DNA from: Salinivirgaceae bacterium | Lineage (GTDB): Bacteria; Bacteroidota; Bacteroidia; Bacteroidales; SZUA-534 | Reading direction: 5' to 3' | Length of the DNA stretch: 47,637 nucleotides | Assembly: GCA_024405635.1 (NCBI GenBank) | Contig: JAKSOL010000023.1 | Span: 1-47,637 of the forward strand | Part shown: piece after piece, positions 39,255 through 47,637 of the stretch | Position numbering within the stretch: position 1 is the stretch's first letter | Layout: each line of letters opens with the position of its first letter | Notes under the pieces: model-generated | The model's database searches: none | The model's input: only the letters and a program-made list of their open reading frames with translations | What the model was told of the DNA's origin: nothing | Translations under genes and position numbers: made by a program

Positions 39255-40481
39255 ATGAAAAACGCATCGTTGAGCAGGTTGCAAATGAGCAACTTTAAAC
39301 TTGATATGCTGCTACGCATCACTTTGTCAATTAACGAAAATGCGCCTATTGAAAAACTTATCAGCGATTTTAAAGACATTTTGATTGACGAGTTAAACAT
39401 TGGCAAAGTGCTTATGTTTAGTTTTAACCATCGCTGGGAAAAAGTGCTGGTTTACGGCGTACCACACATGGTGGCCGACAGCATAAGAGTTGAAACCGAT
39501 TTGCTCTACTATCGTCAAATAACAAACCTTACTAATGCTCTGAATCCTAACCTCGAGGTTTTTGATATTATTATTCCCGTTTATCACCACAACCACCCCA
39601 TTGCCTACGTTATTATTGGCGACATTGACGAGGAACAATTGGGCATGAGTCCAACCATTAAACACCTTTACTTTATCCAAACTTTGGCTAACATTATTAT
39701 GGTGGCCATTGAAAACCGACGACTATTTAACGAGAGTGTGCGCCAAGAGTCGATGCGAAAAGAGCTTGAACTTGCATCGCGAATGCAAAACATGCTTATT
39801 CCCAACCCTTTTAAGTTGCCAAACAACCGCACTGCTCAAGCTGCCGCTTACTACTTGCCTCACTACGAGGTGGGCGGCGACTACTACGATTGGATTAAAG
39901 TAACCCAAAACGATTACTACTTTTGCATTGCCGACGTGTCGGGCAAAGGAATTGCTGCGGCTCTGCTAATGTCAAACTTTCAAGCAAACCTACGCGCTCA
40001 AGTATCGGCCAACCGCCCTCTTAACGACATTGTAAATTCGCTTAACGACCTTGTGCTCGAAAGCACCAACGGCGAAAAATTTATTACCCTATTTATTGGC
40101 AAATACAATTCACAAAGCCGACAAATGGAATACATAAACGCTGGCCACAACCCTCCTGTTTATTTTGATGCTAAAAACAATCAAGTTCAACAACTTACAC
40201 TTGGTTGCATGGGCGTGGGTATGTTTGACAAAATACCTAGCATAAACGTTGGCCAATTTACTGTTGAACCCGAAAGCAAACTAATTTGCTTTACCGACGG
40301 AATTGTTGAGCTTGAAGACAACAACCATGCTCAATTTGGCACCGAACCCATTGAGCGCATAATTAAAACTGGTAGCATCGATAGTAACATTGAAACAATT
40401 ATTGAAAGCGTGCACCAATACAAAGGTCCCGAACGCGAGTTTGCCGACGACCTAACACTTTTTGGCATTGCCTTTCACTAA
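39255..40481 (+). CDS. PP2C/SpoIIE (RsbU-like) Ser/Thr phosphatase with GAF-like N-terminus
   Basis: VGGDYYD, IADVSGKG, NAGHNPP, FTDGIVE, DDLTL. Confidence 0.93.
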   Translation: MKNASLSRLQMSNFKLDMLLRITLSINENAPIEKLISDFKDILIDELNIGKVLMFSFNHRWEKVLVYGVPHMVADSIRVETDLLYYRQITNLTNALNPNLEVFDIIIPVYHHNHPIAYVIIGDIDEEQLGMSPTIKHLYFIQTLANIIMVAIENRRLFNESVRQESMRKELELASRMQNMLIPNPFKLPNNRTAQAAAYYLPHYEVGGDYYDWIKVTQNDYYFCIADVSGKGIAAALLMSNFQANLRAQVSANRPLNDIVNSLNDLVLESTNGEKFITLFIGKYNSQSRQMEYINAGHNPPVYFDAKNNQVQQLTLGCMGVGMFDKIPSINVGQFTVEPESKLICFTDGIVELEDNNHAQFGTEPIERIIKTGSIDSNIETIIESVHQYKGPEREFADDLTLFGIAFH

Positions 40482-40492
40482 AAAAATAGCAA

Positions 40493-41758
40493 ATGGAGAA
40501 CAGCATTTACGTTGCAAAACCCAAAGTAGTAAACGACCCTATTTTGGGCCTAATTGAAATAAAATCGCCCATAATACTCTCACTTATTGAACACCGTTGG
40601 CTTCAACGCCTTCGCCGCATAAACCAACTTGGACTTGGCGAATTGGTTTACCCTGGCGCGCGCCACAATCGTTTTGGCCACACATTGGGTGCCACTTACT
40701 TAATGGAACTGGCCATCGACACTTTACGTTCAAAGGGCGAAATTATTTCTGACGAAGAAAAAGAAGCTGCTATGATTGCTATTCTTCTTCACGACATTGG
40801 TCACTGCCCTTTTTCGCATGCTCTTGAATACCAAATTGCCAACGTGTGCCACGAGGACTTGTCGATTGTGTTTATGGAAAAATTAAACGAGGAATACAAC
40901 GGCAGACTTTCGCTTGCTTTGCAGATTTTTAAAGGCGAGTATCACAAAAAATATCTTACCAAACTCATTTCGGGCCAACTTGATGTTGACCGACTTGACT
41001 ACCTAAGCCGCGATAGTTTCTTTACTGGCGTTACCGAAGGAAACGTTAACACCGACCGACTTATTAAACTAATGGCCATTGACAACGACCGTCTTGTGGT
41101 TGAAAAAAAAGGTATGTACTCTATTGAGAAATTCCTTGTGGCCCGCCGTTTAATGTATTGGCAAGTTTATTTGCACAAAACCGTACACTCGGCCGAACAA
41201 CTGCTTATTAGCATTTTGCGTCGCGCTAAGGACCTTTGCCACAAAGGCGAAGATTTTTTTGCATCGCCTGCACTAAAATTCTTTTTAACTCACGAGGTTA
41301 CTGTTGACGATTTTAGAAACGATTCGATTACCGAAACTGGCAAAACAGTACTCGAAAACTTTGCCATGCTTGACGATAGCGACCTTTTAGTATCGGTAAA
41401 AACTTGGAGCATGCATCACGACCGCGTGCTAAGCTTACTCTGCCAAAACCTTATCAATCGGCGTTTGCCTAAAACTATGGTGCAAGATAAACCTGTGGGT
41501 AAGTTTATGGAAAAATATCTGCGCGAACGTGTTATGCAAGAGTTTAACCTCACAAAAGCCGAAAGCGAATATTTTGTTAGCAGCGGAACCATTTCAAACA
41601 AAGCCTATAGCCAAAACCACGACCAAATACTAGTAAAGGAAAAAGAGGGCAATGTTATTGAAATTGAAAAGGTTGCCGACATGATGAACATTAGGGCACT
41701 ATCGACCACCATTAGCAAATTCTTCATCTCTTGGCCTAAAAACATCGAATTGGAGTAA
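40493..41758 (+). CDS. HD-domain phosphohydrolase (dNTPase/SAMHD1-like)
   Basis: QRLRRINQLG, HNRFGH, LLHDIGH, DVDRLDYL.RDS, MYWQVYLHKT. Confidence 0.93.
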   Translation: MENSIYVAKPKVVNDPILGLIEIKSPIILSLIEHRWLQRLRRINQLGLGELVYPGARHNRFGHTLGATYLMELAIDTLRSKGEIISDEEKEAAMIAILLHDIGHCPFSHALEYQIANVCHEDLSIVFMEKLNEEYNGRLSLALQIFKGEYHKKYLTKLISGQLDVDRLDYLSRDSFFTGVTEGNVNTDRLIKLMAIDNDRLVVEKKGMYSIEKFLVARRLMYWQVYLHKTVHSAEQLLISILRRAKDLCHKGEDFFASPALKFFLTHEVTVDDFRNDSITETGKTVLENFAMLDDSDLLVSVKTWSMHHDRVLSLLCQNLINRRLPKTMVQDKPVGKFMEKYLRERVMQEFNLTKAESEYFVSSGTISNKAYSQNHDQILVKEKEGNVIEIEKVADMMNIRALSTTISKFFISWPKNIELE

Positions 41759-41783
41759 ACACTCTTGTTTGTTGCTTAACAAC

Positions 41784-41820
41784 AAAAAAGCCAACTACTA
41801 GTGTTAGTAGTTGGCTTTTT
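41784..41820. terminator. Bidirectional intrinsic terminator
   Basis: aaaaagccaactacta-gtgt-tagtagttggcttttt between convergent genes. Confidence 0.85.
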
Positions 41821-41857
41821 GATTTTGTAAATATTAATTGAAACTATACTCTATGAC

Positions 41858-43186
41858 TTACAATTCAGGTTCTGGCACGTTGCCATAAACTGGGCGTATG
41901 GCAAATCCATAGTTGCGGTGACCACAAACCCATTCAGGTCCTTCCTTAACGTCAAAACGTAAACCATAGGCTCCTGATGCAATGTAGTTATCGTCAGAAA
42001 CCGAAGTCCAATAACAACCCCATTGATCAACGTTTTTCAAACCTTTTTCGTTGGTGAAGCCTGCTGCTGGCAAAAAGATAAATTTATCGGTAAAACCTTC
42101 TTTTTTGCTTGTAACCTTAAACCCTGGCACGCCATTAAAATCGGCATTGCCTTTTGCAAACCATTTCCATGTGCAACCTTGCAATAGTTCTTCCACCTCC
42201 TCGTAAGTAGGAATATGCCAACCTTCGCCCAAATCGACAAAAGCCACATCGTAACGCGAGCTTGCAATTCCTCTATCAGAGTCATATTTACGACCGCCTT
42301 GCACATATTTTTTCAACGGATCTTTGTCTGAACCACACTCCTCTTCGGTTGTCATGGTACCAAACAAGTAATTTTCCCACGAATAGTCGTCTTTAACCTC
42401 TGTTTCGCCCCAAGCATAAAAGTCGCCAAATTGTTCGGGACGACGAGCGCCAAGATTGCAAGTTGCCCATTTTACTGATAGTCCAAGGTCAACCAATTCG
42501 TCGATAGAAATGATGCAAGTGGCTGTTTTTCCAAAGGCCGATGCGGATATAGTGGTTGTTCCATTTGAGTGAGCTGTAACCACACCATTTTCAACGCTTG
42601 CCACACTTGGGTTTGACGATTCCCAAATCACAGTGCTGTTTTTTAGCGAATTTGGTGTTATTAGTGCAATAAGGGTTACTGTTTCACCGCTTTTCATATC
42701 AACCTTATCGGTATTGAGCGACAATTCGCCAGCTTCCTCAACAATAGCCTCAACTTGAGCCTGAAGTTGCGAGGTTTGCTTTGCTACCGACTCGCTTCGG
42801 CTAGCATACTGAGCAAGTGCTGAGTCTTTTAATGCTACCTCGGTTCGTAACGAATCTATTTCTTGTTTTTGCTCTTTTATAACTTTCGACTGAAAACCAA
42901 GCTTGTTTTTAAGTTTACCAATAATATTAGTTTGCTCTTCAACATTGTTCTTAAGCGTTTTTATCTCTTGGCGTTGGTTATTAATAATTGTGTCTTTAAC
43001 ACCAACTGTATCGTTTAGTGCCGACACTTTTGTGTTTAACGCGCCAATTGTAGTTGCTTGCTCATTTACATTGTTTTGCAAATTGTTTATTGTCTTTTTG
43101 CTCGACACCGAAGTTTTTATTGCTACTGAACCAGCTATTAATGCCAACAAAATGGCAGCCGCCAACGTTAGACGTTTCTTATCCAT
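41858..43186 (-). CDS. Membrane-anchored coiled-coil + Big_2 Ig-like + DUF1566/CLec-fold protein
   Basis: N-terminal hydrophobic anchor, heptad-rich stretch, WESSNPSVASVENGVVTA, VDLGLSVKWATCNLGA...FLPAAG...YWTS...IRPV. Confidence 0.82.
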   Translation of the reverse strand: MDKKRLTLAAAILLALIAGSVAIKTSVSSKKTINNLQNNVNEQATTIGALNTKVSALNDTVGVKDTIINNQRQEIKTLKNNVEEQTNIIGKLKNKLGFQSKVIKEQKQEIDSLRTEVALKDSALAQYASRSESVAKQTSQLQAQVEAIVEEAGELSLNTDKVDMKSGETVTLIALITPNSLKNSTVIWESSNPSVASVENGVVTAHSNGTTTISASAFGKTATCIISIDELVDLGLSVKWATCNLGARRPEQFGDFYAWGETEVKDDYSWENYLFGTMTTEEECGSDKDPLKKYVQGGRKYDSDRGIASSRYDVAFVDLGEGWHIPTYEEVEELLQGCTWKWFAKGNADFNGVPGFKVTSKKEGFTDKFIFLPAAGFTNEKGLKNVDQWGCYWTSVSDDNYIASGAYGLRFDVKEGPEWVCGHRNYGFAIRPVYGNVPEPEL

Positions 43187-43360
43187 CACTGCAATTATCT
43201 GAAAATGTTTAGGTTAGTTTTATCGTACAAATGTGCAAAAAATCTAAATTCAAAAAAATAGTTGTTTTACTGCACAAAAAAAATGCTGTTTAGCTTGAAC
43301 AAGCTTTTGTTTAAACCACACTTTTCAGCATTTAAGGCATGGTTAAAAGTAAATTGAAAA

Positions 43361-45823
43361 CTACATAGGATCGACATTTGCCGAAATCATAACCGACTTA
43401 AATTCTGGAGTTTGCAGCAAATTATCTATAGTTTGACTTATAACACGTTTAACACCAACCACATCGGCAACTGTAAGCTTTACTAAAATGTTCATTAGGT
43501 AGAAATTTTGTATGCGGCTTACTGGTGGTTCGCATGGCCCAAGAACAGTAAGATTCTGTATTCGGCGCAATTGCGATGCTAAAACAGAACTTGCTTGCAC
43601 AGCTTTTTGTTTGTCGCGGTGCTTTATGTTTATGTCGATAAGTCGGTAGTATGGCGGATAACTAAAACTTTTGCGCTCGGCCATTTGTTCGTCAAACATT
43701 GCGTAGTAATTGTTGTCAACCACTTGACGAATAATGTGGTTTTCGGGGTCGCTGGTCTGAATAATTACAATTCCTTGCTTGTTTTTGCGACCTGCACGCC
43801 CACTCACTTGCATCATCAGTTGAAAACCTCGTTCGTAGGCTCTAAAATCGGGCAAACCAAGCATATTGTCGGCATTAAGAATTCCAACCACACTAACGTG
43901 CTCAAAATCTAAGCCTTTCGACACCATTTGCGTACCAATCAAAATGTCAATTTTTTGGTCTTGAAAATCGGTAATTATATGCTCGCCACCGTGTTTAGTG
44001 CGAGTTGTATCGGTGTCGAGCCTTGCAATGCGCGCTTTTGGGAAAATTTTCTGCAGTTCGACCTCAACTCGTTCGGTGCCAAATCCTGCTTCGTGCATTT
44101 CGCCTCCACATTGGCAAACCATGTTGGCGCGGGTGGTGTAGCTGCAATAGTGACACACAAGGCTATGAATTGATTTATGGTAAGTTAAACTTACGTCGCA
44201 GCACTTGCACTTTGGAATAGTGGCGCATTGCTTACATTCTAAAAACGGGCTGTAACCTCGGCGATTTTGGAACAAAATAACTTGCTCATCTGCTTTTAAC
44301 GCAGCATCGATATAGGCTAGCAGTTTGTGGCTGAAAAACTCTACCATCATGTTCTGCTTGCGGGCATTTAGCAAATTAACGGTATAAATTTGTGGCAACA
44401 CAGCCACTCCATGTCGTTGGTTAAGCTTTACCAACCCATAACGCCCAATGGTTGTGTTGTAAAAACTCTCAAGCGATGGTGTTGCCGAACCCAGTACTAT
44501 GTTGGCTTTTTGATGATGAGCTTGCAAAACTGCCAAATCGCGTGCATTGTAACGTGGAGCTGGACTGAATTGCTTAAAACTGCTCTCGTGTTCCTCGTCA
44601 ACTATTATTAAACCTATATTGCTGATTGGCAAAAATATAGATGACCTAACGCCCAATAAAATTGGGTAAGTTTGGTCGTCGTTGCGTAGCATGTTGTTCC
44701 ATATTTCAACTCGTTCAGCTCCCGAAAATTTTGAGTGATAAACCCCAACTTTGTTACCAAACACATTTCGCAAACGATTAACTATTTGCGTGGTAAGTGC
44801 TATTTCGGGCAAAAGATAAAGCACACGTTTGCCTGCTTTAATGGTTTGGTCTATTAGATGAATGTATATTTCGGTTTTGCCACTACCTGTTATTCCATGC
44901 AAAAGCACAGGCTTTTGTTTTTCAAACAGTTGGTTTATTTCATTTAATGCTTTAGTTTGATGCTCGTTAAGTTGTTTTAACTCACCGCAAACTGCATTTT
45001 GCATTTCAAGCCGCGACACATCTACAATCTGTTCGCAAAGAATTCCTTTTTCAACCAACCCCTTTATAATGGTTGGCGAAGTTTGCGCCTCATCAATCAA
45101 TTGCTGGCGCGATATGTATTTTCCGTCAAATGCAGCATCGCCTAACTTGGCAATCATCCAAAGCAACAAGTCTTGCTGCTTTTTCGATTTTACTAGCAAC
45201 ACAAGCAACCTTTCCAACGTTTGACGACTACTTATCTTGTTGCTCAACGACAAAACCTTTAGTTTTTTTGTTTTGTAACCTCCCGACACTTCTTCGGAAA
45301 CAATAGCTAAACCTTTATCGGCTAATTGTTTTACATGGCGCATTGCCACATCGCCAAACTGCTTGCACAACTCGGCCATCGACATTGATTTTTCTTCAAC
45401 CAGCAAAGCATAAATCTGCTTTTCAACTTCGGTGCAATGGTCAAGTATGTTACTATCGTCATCAATCGGCAACACAAACGATTCGCTATCGGGACGCAAA
45501 GCAACAGGAACAGCAGCGCGATAAACATCGCCCACCGAACACATGTAATACTCGGCAATCCAAAACCAAAAATTAATCTGATTGGGCGTAACCACTGGTT
45601 GGTCGTCAACCAAATCGATAACCTCCTTTAGTTTGTATCCGTCGGGTGCATCGTTGGCTAACGAAACCACTATGCCTGTATAGAGTTTTTTTGCACCAAA
45701 CGGCACTGTAACTCGCTGACCTACCGACAATTTACCCAACAAAAGCTGCGGCACCTTGTAGGTAAAAGTTCCTTTAACTGGAACAGGCACTATTATTTGC
45801 ACAAACAATGATTGGGTTTCCAT
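43361..45823 (-). CDS. priA: Primosomal protein N' (replication restart helicase)
   Basis: HGITGSGKTEIY, DEEH, Cys-rich Zn fingers, QVSGRAGR, DPM end. Confidence 0.97.
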   Translation of the reverse strand: METQSLFVQIIVPVPVKGTFTYKVPQLLLGKLSVGQRVTVPFGAKKLYTGIVVSLANDAPDGYKLKEVIDLVDDQPVVTPNQINFWFWIAEYYMCSVGDVYRAAVPVALRPDSESFVLPIDDDSNILDHCTEVEKQIYALLVEEKSMSMAELCKQFGDVAMRHVKQLADKGLAIVSEEVSGGYKTKKLKVLSLSNKISSRQTLERLLVLLVKSKKQQDLLLWMIAKLGDAAFDGKYISRQQLIDEAQTSPTIIKGLVEKGILCEQIVDVSRLEMQNAVCGELKQLNEHQTKALNEINQLFEKQKPVLLHGITGSGKTEIYIHLIDQTIKAGKRVLYLLPEIALTTQIVNRLRNVFGNKVGVYHSKFSGAERVEIWNNMLRNDDQTYPILLGVRSSIFLPISNIGLIIVDEEHESSFKQFSPAPRYNARDLAVLQAHHQKANIVLGSATPSLESFYNTTIGRYGLVKLNQRHGVAVLPQIYTVNLLNARKQNMMVEFFSHKLLAYIDAALKADEQVILFQNRRGYSPFLECKQCATIPKCKCCDVSLTYHKSIHSLVCHYCSYTTRANMVCQCGGEMHEAGFGTERVEVELQKIFPKARIARLDTDTTRTKHGGEHIITDFQDQKIDILIGTQMVSKGLDFEHVSVVGILNADNMLGLPDFRAYERGFQLMMQVSGRAGRKNKQGIVIIQTSDPENHIIRQVVDNNYYAMFDEQMAERKSFSYPPYYRLIDINIKHRDKQKAVQASSVLASQLRRIQNLTVLGPCEPPVSRIQNFYLMNILVKLTVADVVGVKRVISQTIDNLLQTPEFKSVMISANVDPM

Positions 45824-45961
45824 AATCAAGATTAATAACTAATGCAAATGTACTGCTTGAACATCGCCTTGTGCAACCTACAAGCCGAAAAAGTTATTAA
45901 GAAAAACTAAGCGTGTAACTAGGCTTTGTTTTCCTCTTTCAAAAAAAAACTAACATTCGCA

Positions 45962-46427
45962 CATCTCAATTAATTCATACTCAACTATTGGCAACTGCAC
46001 TTGTTGTGCGTGAATGGATGAGATGGTTATAATATACTAAAAGCGTTTACTACGCTTGATCTTGACGACTTGAAATCTTGCAAACATTTACGGAGTCAAG
46101 AACAAAGCAATGGTAGATGCTCGCGTTGTGTACGTATGCACCTTATTGTGCGTACTATATACACGTGGGTTCTGCATTGCTCGTTCAACTGGATAGGGCA
46201 ATGCGAAGGCCTCAGAATGTGGGATGAGCAAGGTTATGACACCCACGCTTTTTGTTTTTATACCTCTTGTTTAAATTTTTAACCAGCTACTTGGGTGCGT
46301 AGCGCAAACCATTTATGCAAAAAACAGACAGTACCAACTATGTAGAGCCATTGTCCAACAAGGTTGGAGAAAATGGCAAGGAAAAACCGAACAATTAAAG
46401 GTAAATGAGCAAGCCTTAAGTTGCTCA
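45962..46427 (+). ncRNA. Candidate structured leader RNA (about 9 hairpins, internal terminator-like element)
   Basis: Consecutive stems found by eye in a ~630-bp intergenic region with no credible ORF. Confidence 0.5.
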
Positions 46428-46454
46428 GAAAACTAAATACTTCTTAAAACAATT

Positions 46455-47519
46455 ATGAAAAAAATATTTATGGCAATAGTTGCAGTGGCTATTGCAAGCG
46501 CATCGTTTGCGCAAGGAATTGAAGTTACTGAAACACAAAATGTATTGTCAGGAAAGAGTTATTTTAAGGGTAATGTTGGAATTGGTGCATCGGCAAGTAC
46601 AAGTTACGGATTATGGGTTCTTTCCAATTCATATTTTAATGGTAACGCATACATTCCACAAGGATTACTTAAGGCAAAGGAAATTCAATATACTATGTCA
46701 TGCTCGAAAGCATCCGACAAACGCTTCAAAAAGAACATTAAAAACTTGCCAAACGAAACCGTTTCGAAATTGAAACAAATTGAAAGCAAAACCTACCAAT
46801 ACAAAAGCCAAGATGAGTTGCTAACTCTTTATCAATCAGTTAATGGCGACACCGCGCAAGTAAAATACTTTGACACCAACCGCGACCAATACGGATTCCT
46901 AGCACAAGACTTTGAAAATGTATTCCCAGAGTTGGTTTACACCGATTCAGTTGGCTTAAAATCAATTGATTACATTTCGCTAATTCCAATTTTACTGCAA
47001 GCCATACAAGAGCAACAAGCACAAATTGATTATTTGTTAGCCAATGCCGAAATAAAAACCAACAACGGAAACCATAACGGCCAAGACAATGGTAATGGTA
47101 ACAACAAAAACAACGGAAATAATGGTAATGGAAACGGAAATGGCAACAAACGCAACGGTAGCAACAATGTGAGCAACGCCAACACCGCAAACGGCAATTC
47201 TCAAGTAGCATTAAAAGCCACCAAACCTGCCGAATTGGAGCAAAACGAAACTGAAAACGAAAACGCATTGTTCCAAAACACACCAAATCCATTTAGCCAA
47301 GAGACTCAAATTGAGTACACACTTGCCAACGATGCCCAAAATGCAATGATTTGCATTTACAACATGAACGGAGAACAATTGCGTTGTTTCCCACTAAACA
47401 TTGAAAGCAGCGGCGTAATAACCATTGAAGGCAACGACCTAAAAGCTGGCATGTACCTTTATTCTCTATTAGTTGACGACCAACTAATTGACACAAAACG
47501 CATGGTGCTAACTTTCTAA
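46455..47519 (+). CDS. Secreted protein with peptidase S74 (tail-fibre intramolecular chaperone) domain and T9SS type A C-terminal domain
   Basis: Signal peptide, GNVGIG, SDKRFKKNI...GFLAQD...PELV...IDY..LIP.L..AIQEQQ, N/G-rich linker, LFQNTPNPF...GMYLYSL...TKRMV. Confidence 0.88.
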   Translation: MKKIFMAIVAVAIASASFAQGIEVTETQNVLSGKSYFKGNVGIGASASTSYGLWVLSNSYFNGNAYIPQGLLKAKEIQYTMSCSKASDKRFKKNIKNLPNETVSKLKQIESKTYQYKSQDELLTLYQSVNGDTAQVKYFDTNRDQYGFLAQDFENVFPELVYTDSVGLKSIDYISLIPILLQAIQEQQAQIDYLLANAEIKTNNGNHNGQDNGNGNNKNNGNNGNGNGNGNKRNGSNNVSNANTANGNSQVALKATKPAELEQNETENENALFQNTPNPFSQETQIEYTLANDAQNAMICIYNMNGEQLRCFPLNIESSGVITIEGNDLKAGMYLYSLLVDDQLIDTKRMVLTF

Positions 47520-47532
47520 TATTGTGAGCAGT

Positions 47533-47637
47533 ATGATAAAGATTTTAAAAATGTGCTTTGTTGCAATGGTGGCTTTGATAGTAAAGCCAACCATAGCGCA
47601 AACAACAATTTCTTCCGTAATAGCAGGTGATGCACAG
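47533..47637 (+). CDS. 5' fragment of a secreted protein (truncated by window end)
   Basis: Open frame MIKILKMCFVAMVALIVKPTIAQTTISSVIAGDAQ with a Sec signal ending A-Q. Confidence 0.6.
   Translation, partial: MIKILKMCFVAMVALIVKPTIAQTTISSVIAGDAQ

Noticed and set aside
40493-41758. HD dNTPase as an anti-phage gene
   Set aside because: It resembles the conserved core Bacteroidota HD protein and sits among housekeeping genes.
46070-46282. 70-aa ORF in the priA-S74 intergenic region
   Set aside because: TTG start, no recognisable motif, and it coincides with dense RNA stems, so non-coding is more likely.
47056-47200. AAC-rich stretch as the DGR template repeat
   Set aside because: It has no similarity to the VR scaffold (no TACTGG or GTCCGCCC) and lies in frame within a protein linker.

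Overview
A chromosomal segment from a Bacteroidales-type bacterium, judged from TAnnTTTG promoter elements, a Bacteroides-type prfA/purM/pyrF block and T9SS genes. It is mostly housekeeping: pyrF, prfA, purM, purD, kdsB, dxs, frr, pyrH, efp, priA, pgeF and a SprE/PorW-like TPR lipoprotein. It also holds a sigma54 two-component system divergent from a TolC/MacAB-like exporter. Four accessory features stand out. (1) A lipoprotein (7010-7693) whose 3' end carries the codon signature of a diversity-generating retroelement (DGR) variable region. There is no RT or template repeat in the window, and a paralog at 41858-43186 lacks the signature. (2) An NrtR (Nudix-wHTH) - vWA - macrodomain-like operon with two palindromic operators beside its promoter. 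(3) A ~470-nt multi-hairpin non-coding leader with terminator/antiterminator potential, upstream of a T9SS-secreted S74-autochaperone protein. (4) A heptamer/REP-like composite repeat at the window start. No rRNA, tRNA, CRISPR array, transposase, integrase or reverse transcriptase was recognised. All family calls come from motif recognition by eye, not from database searches.
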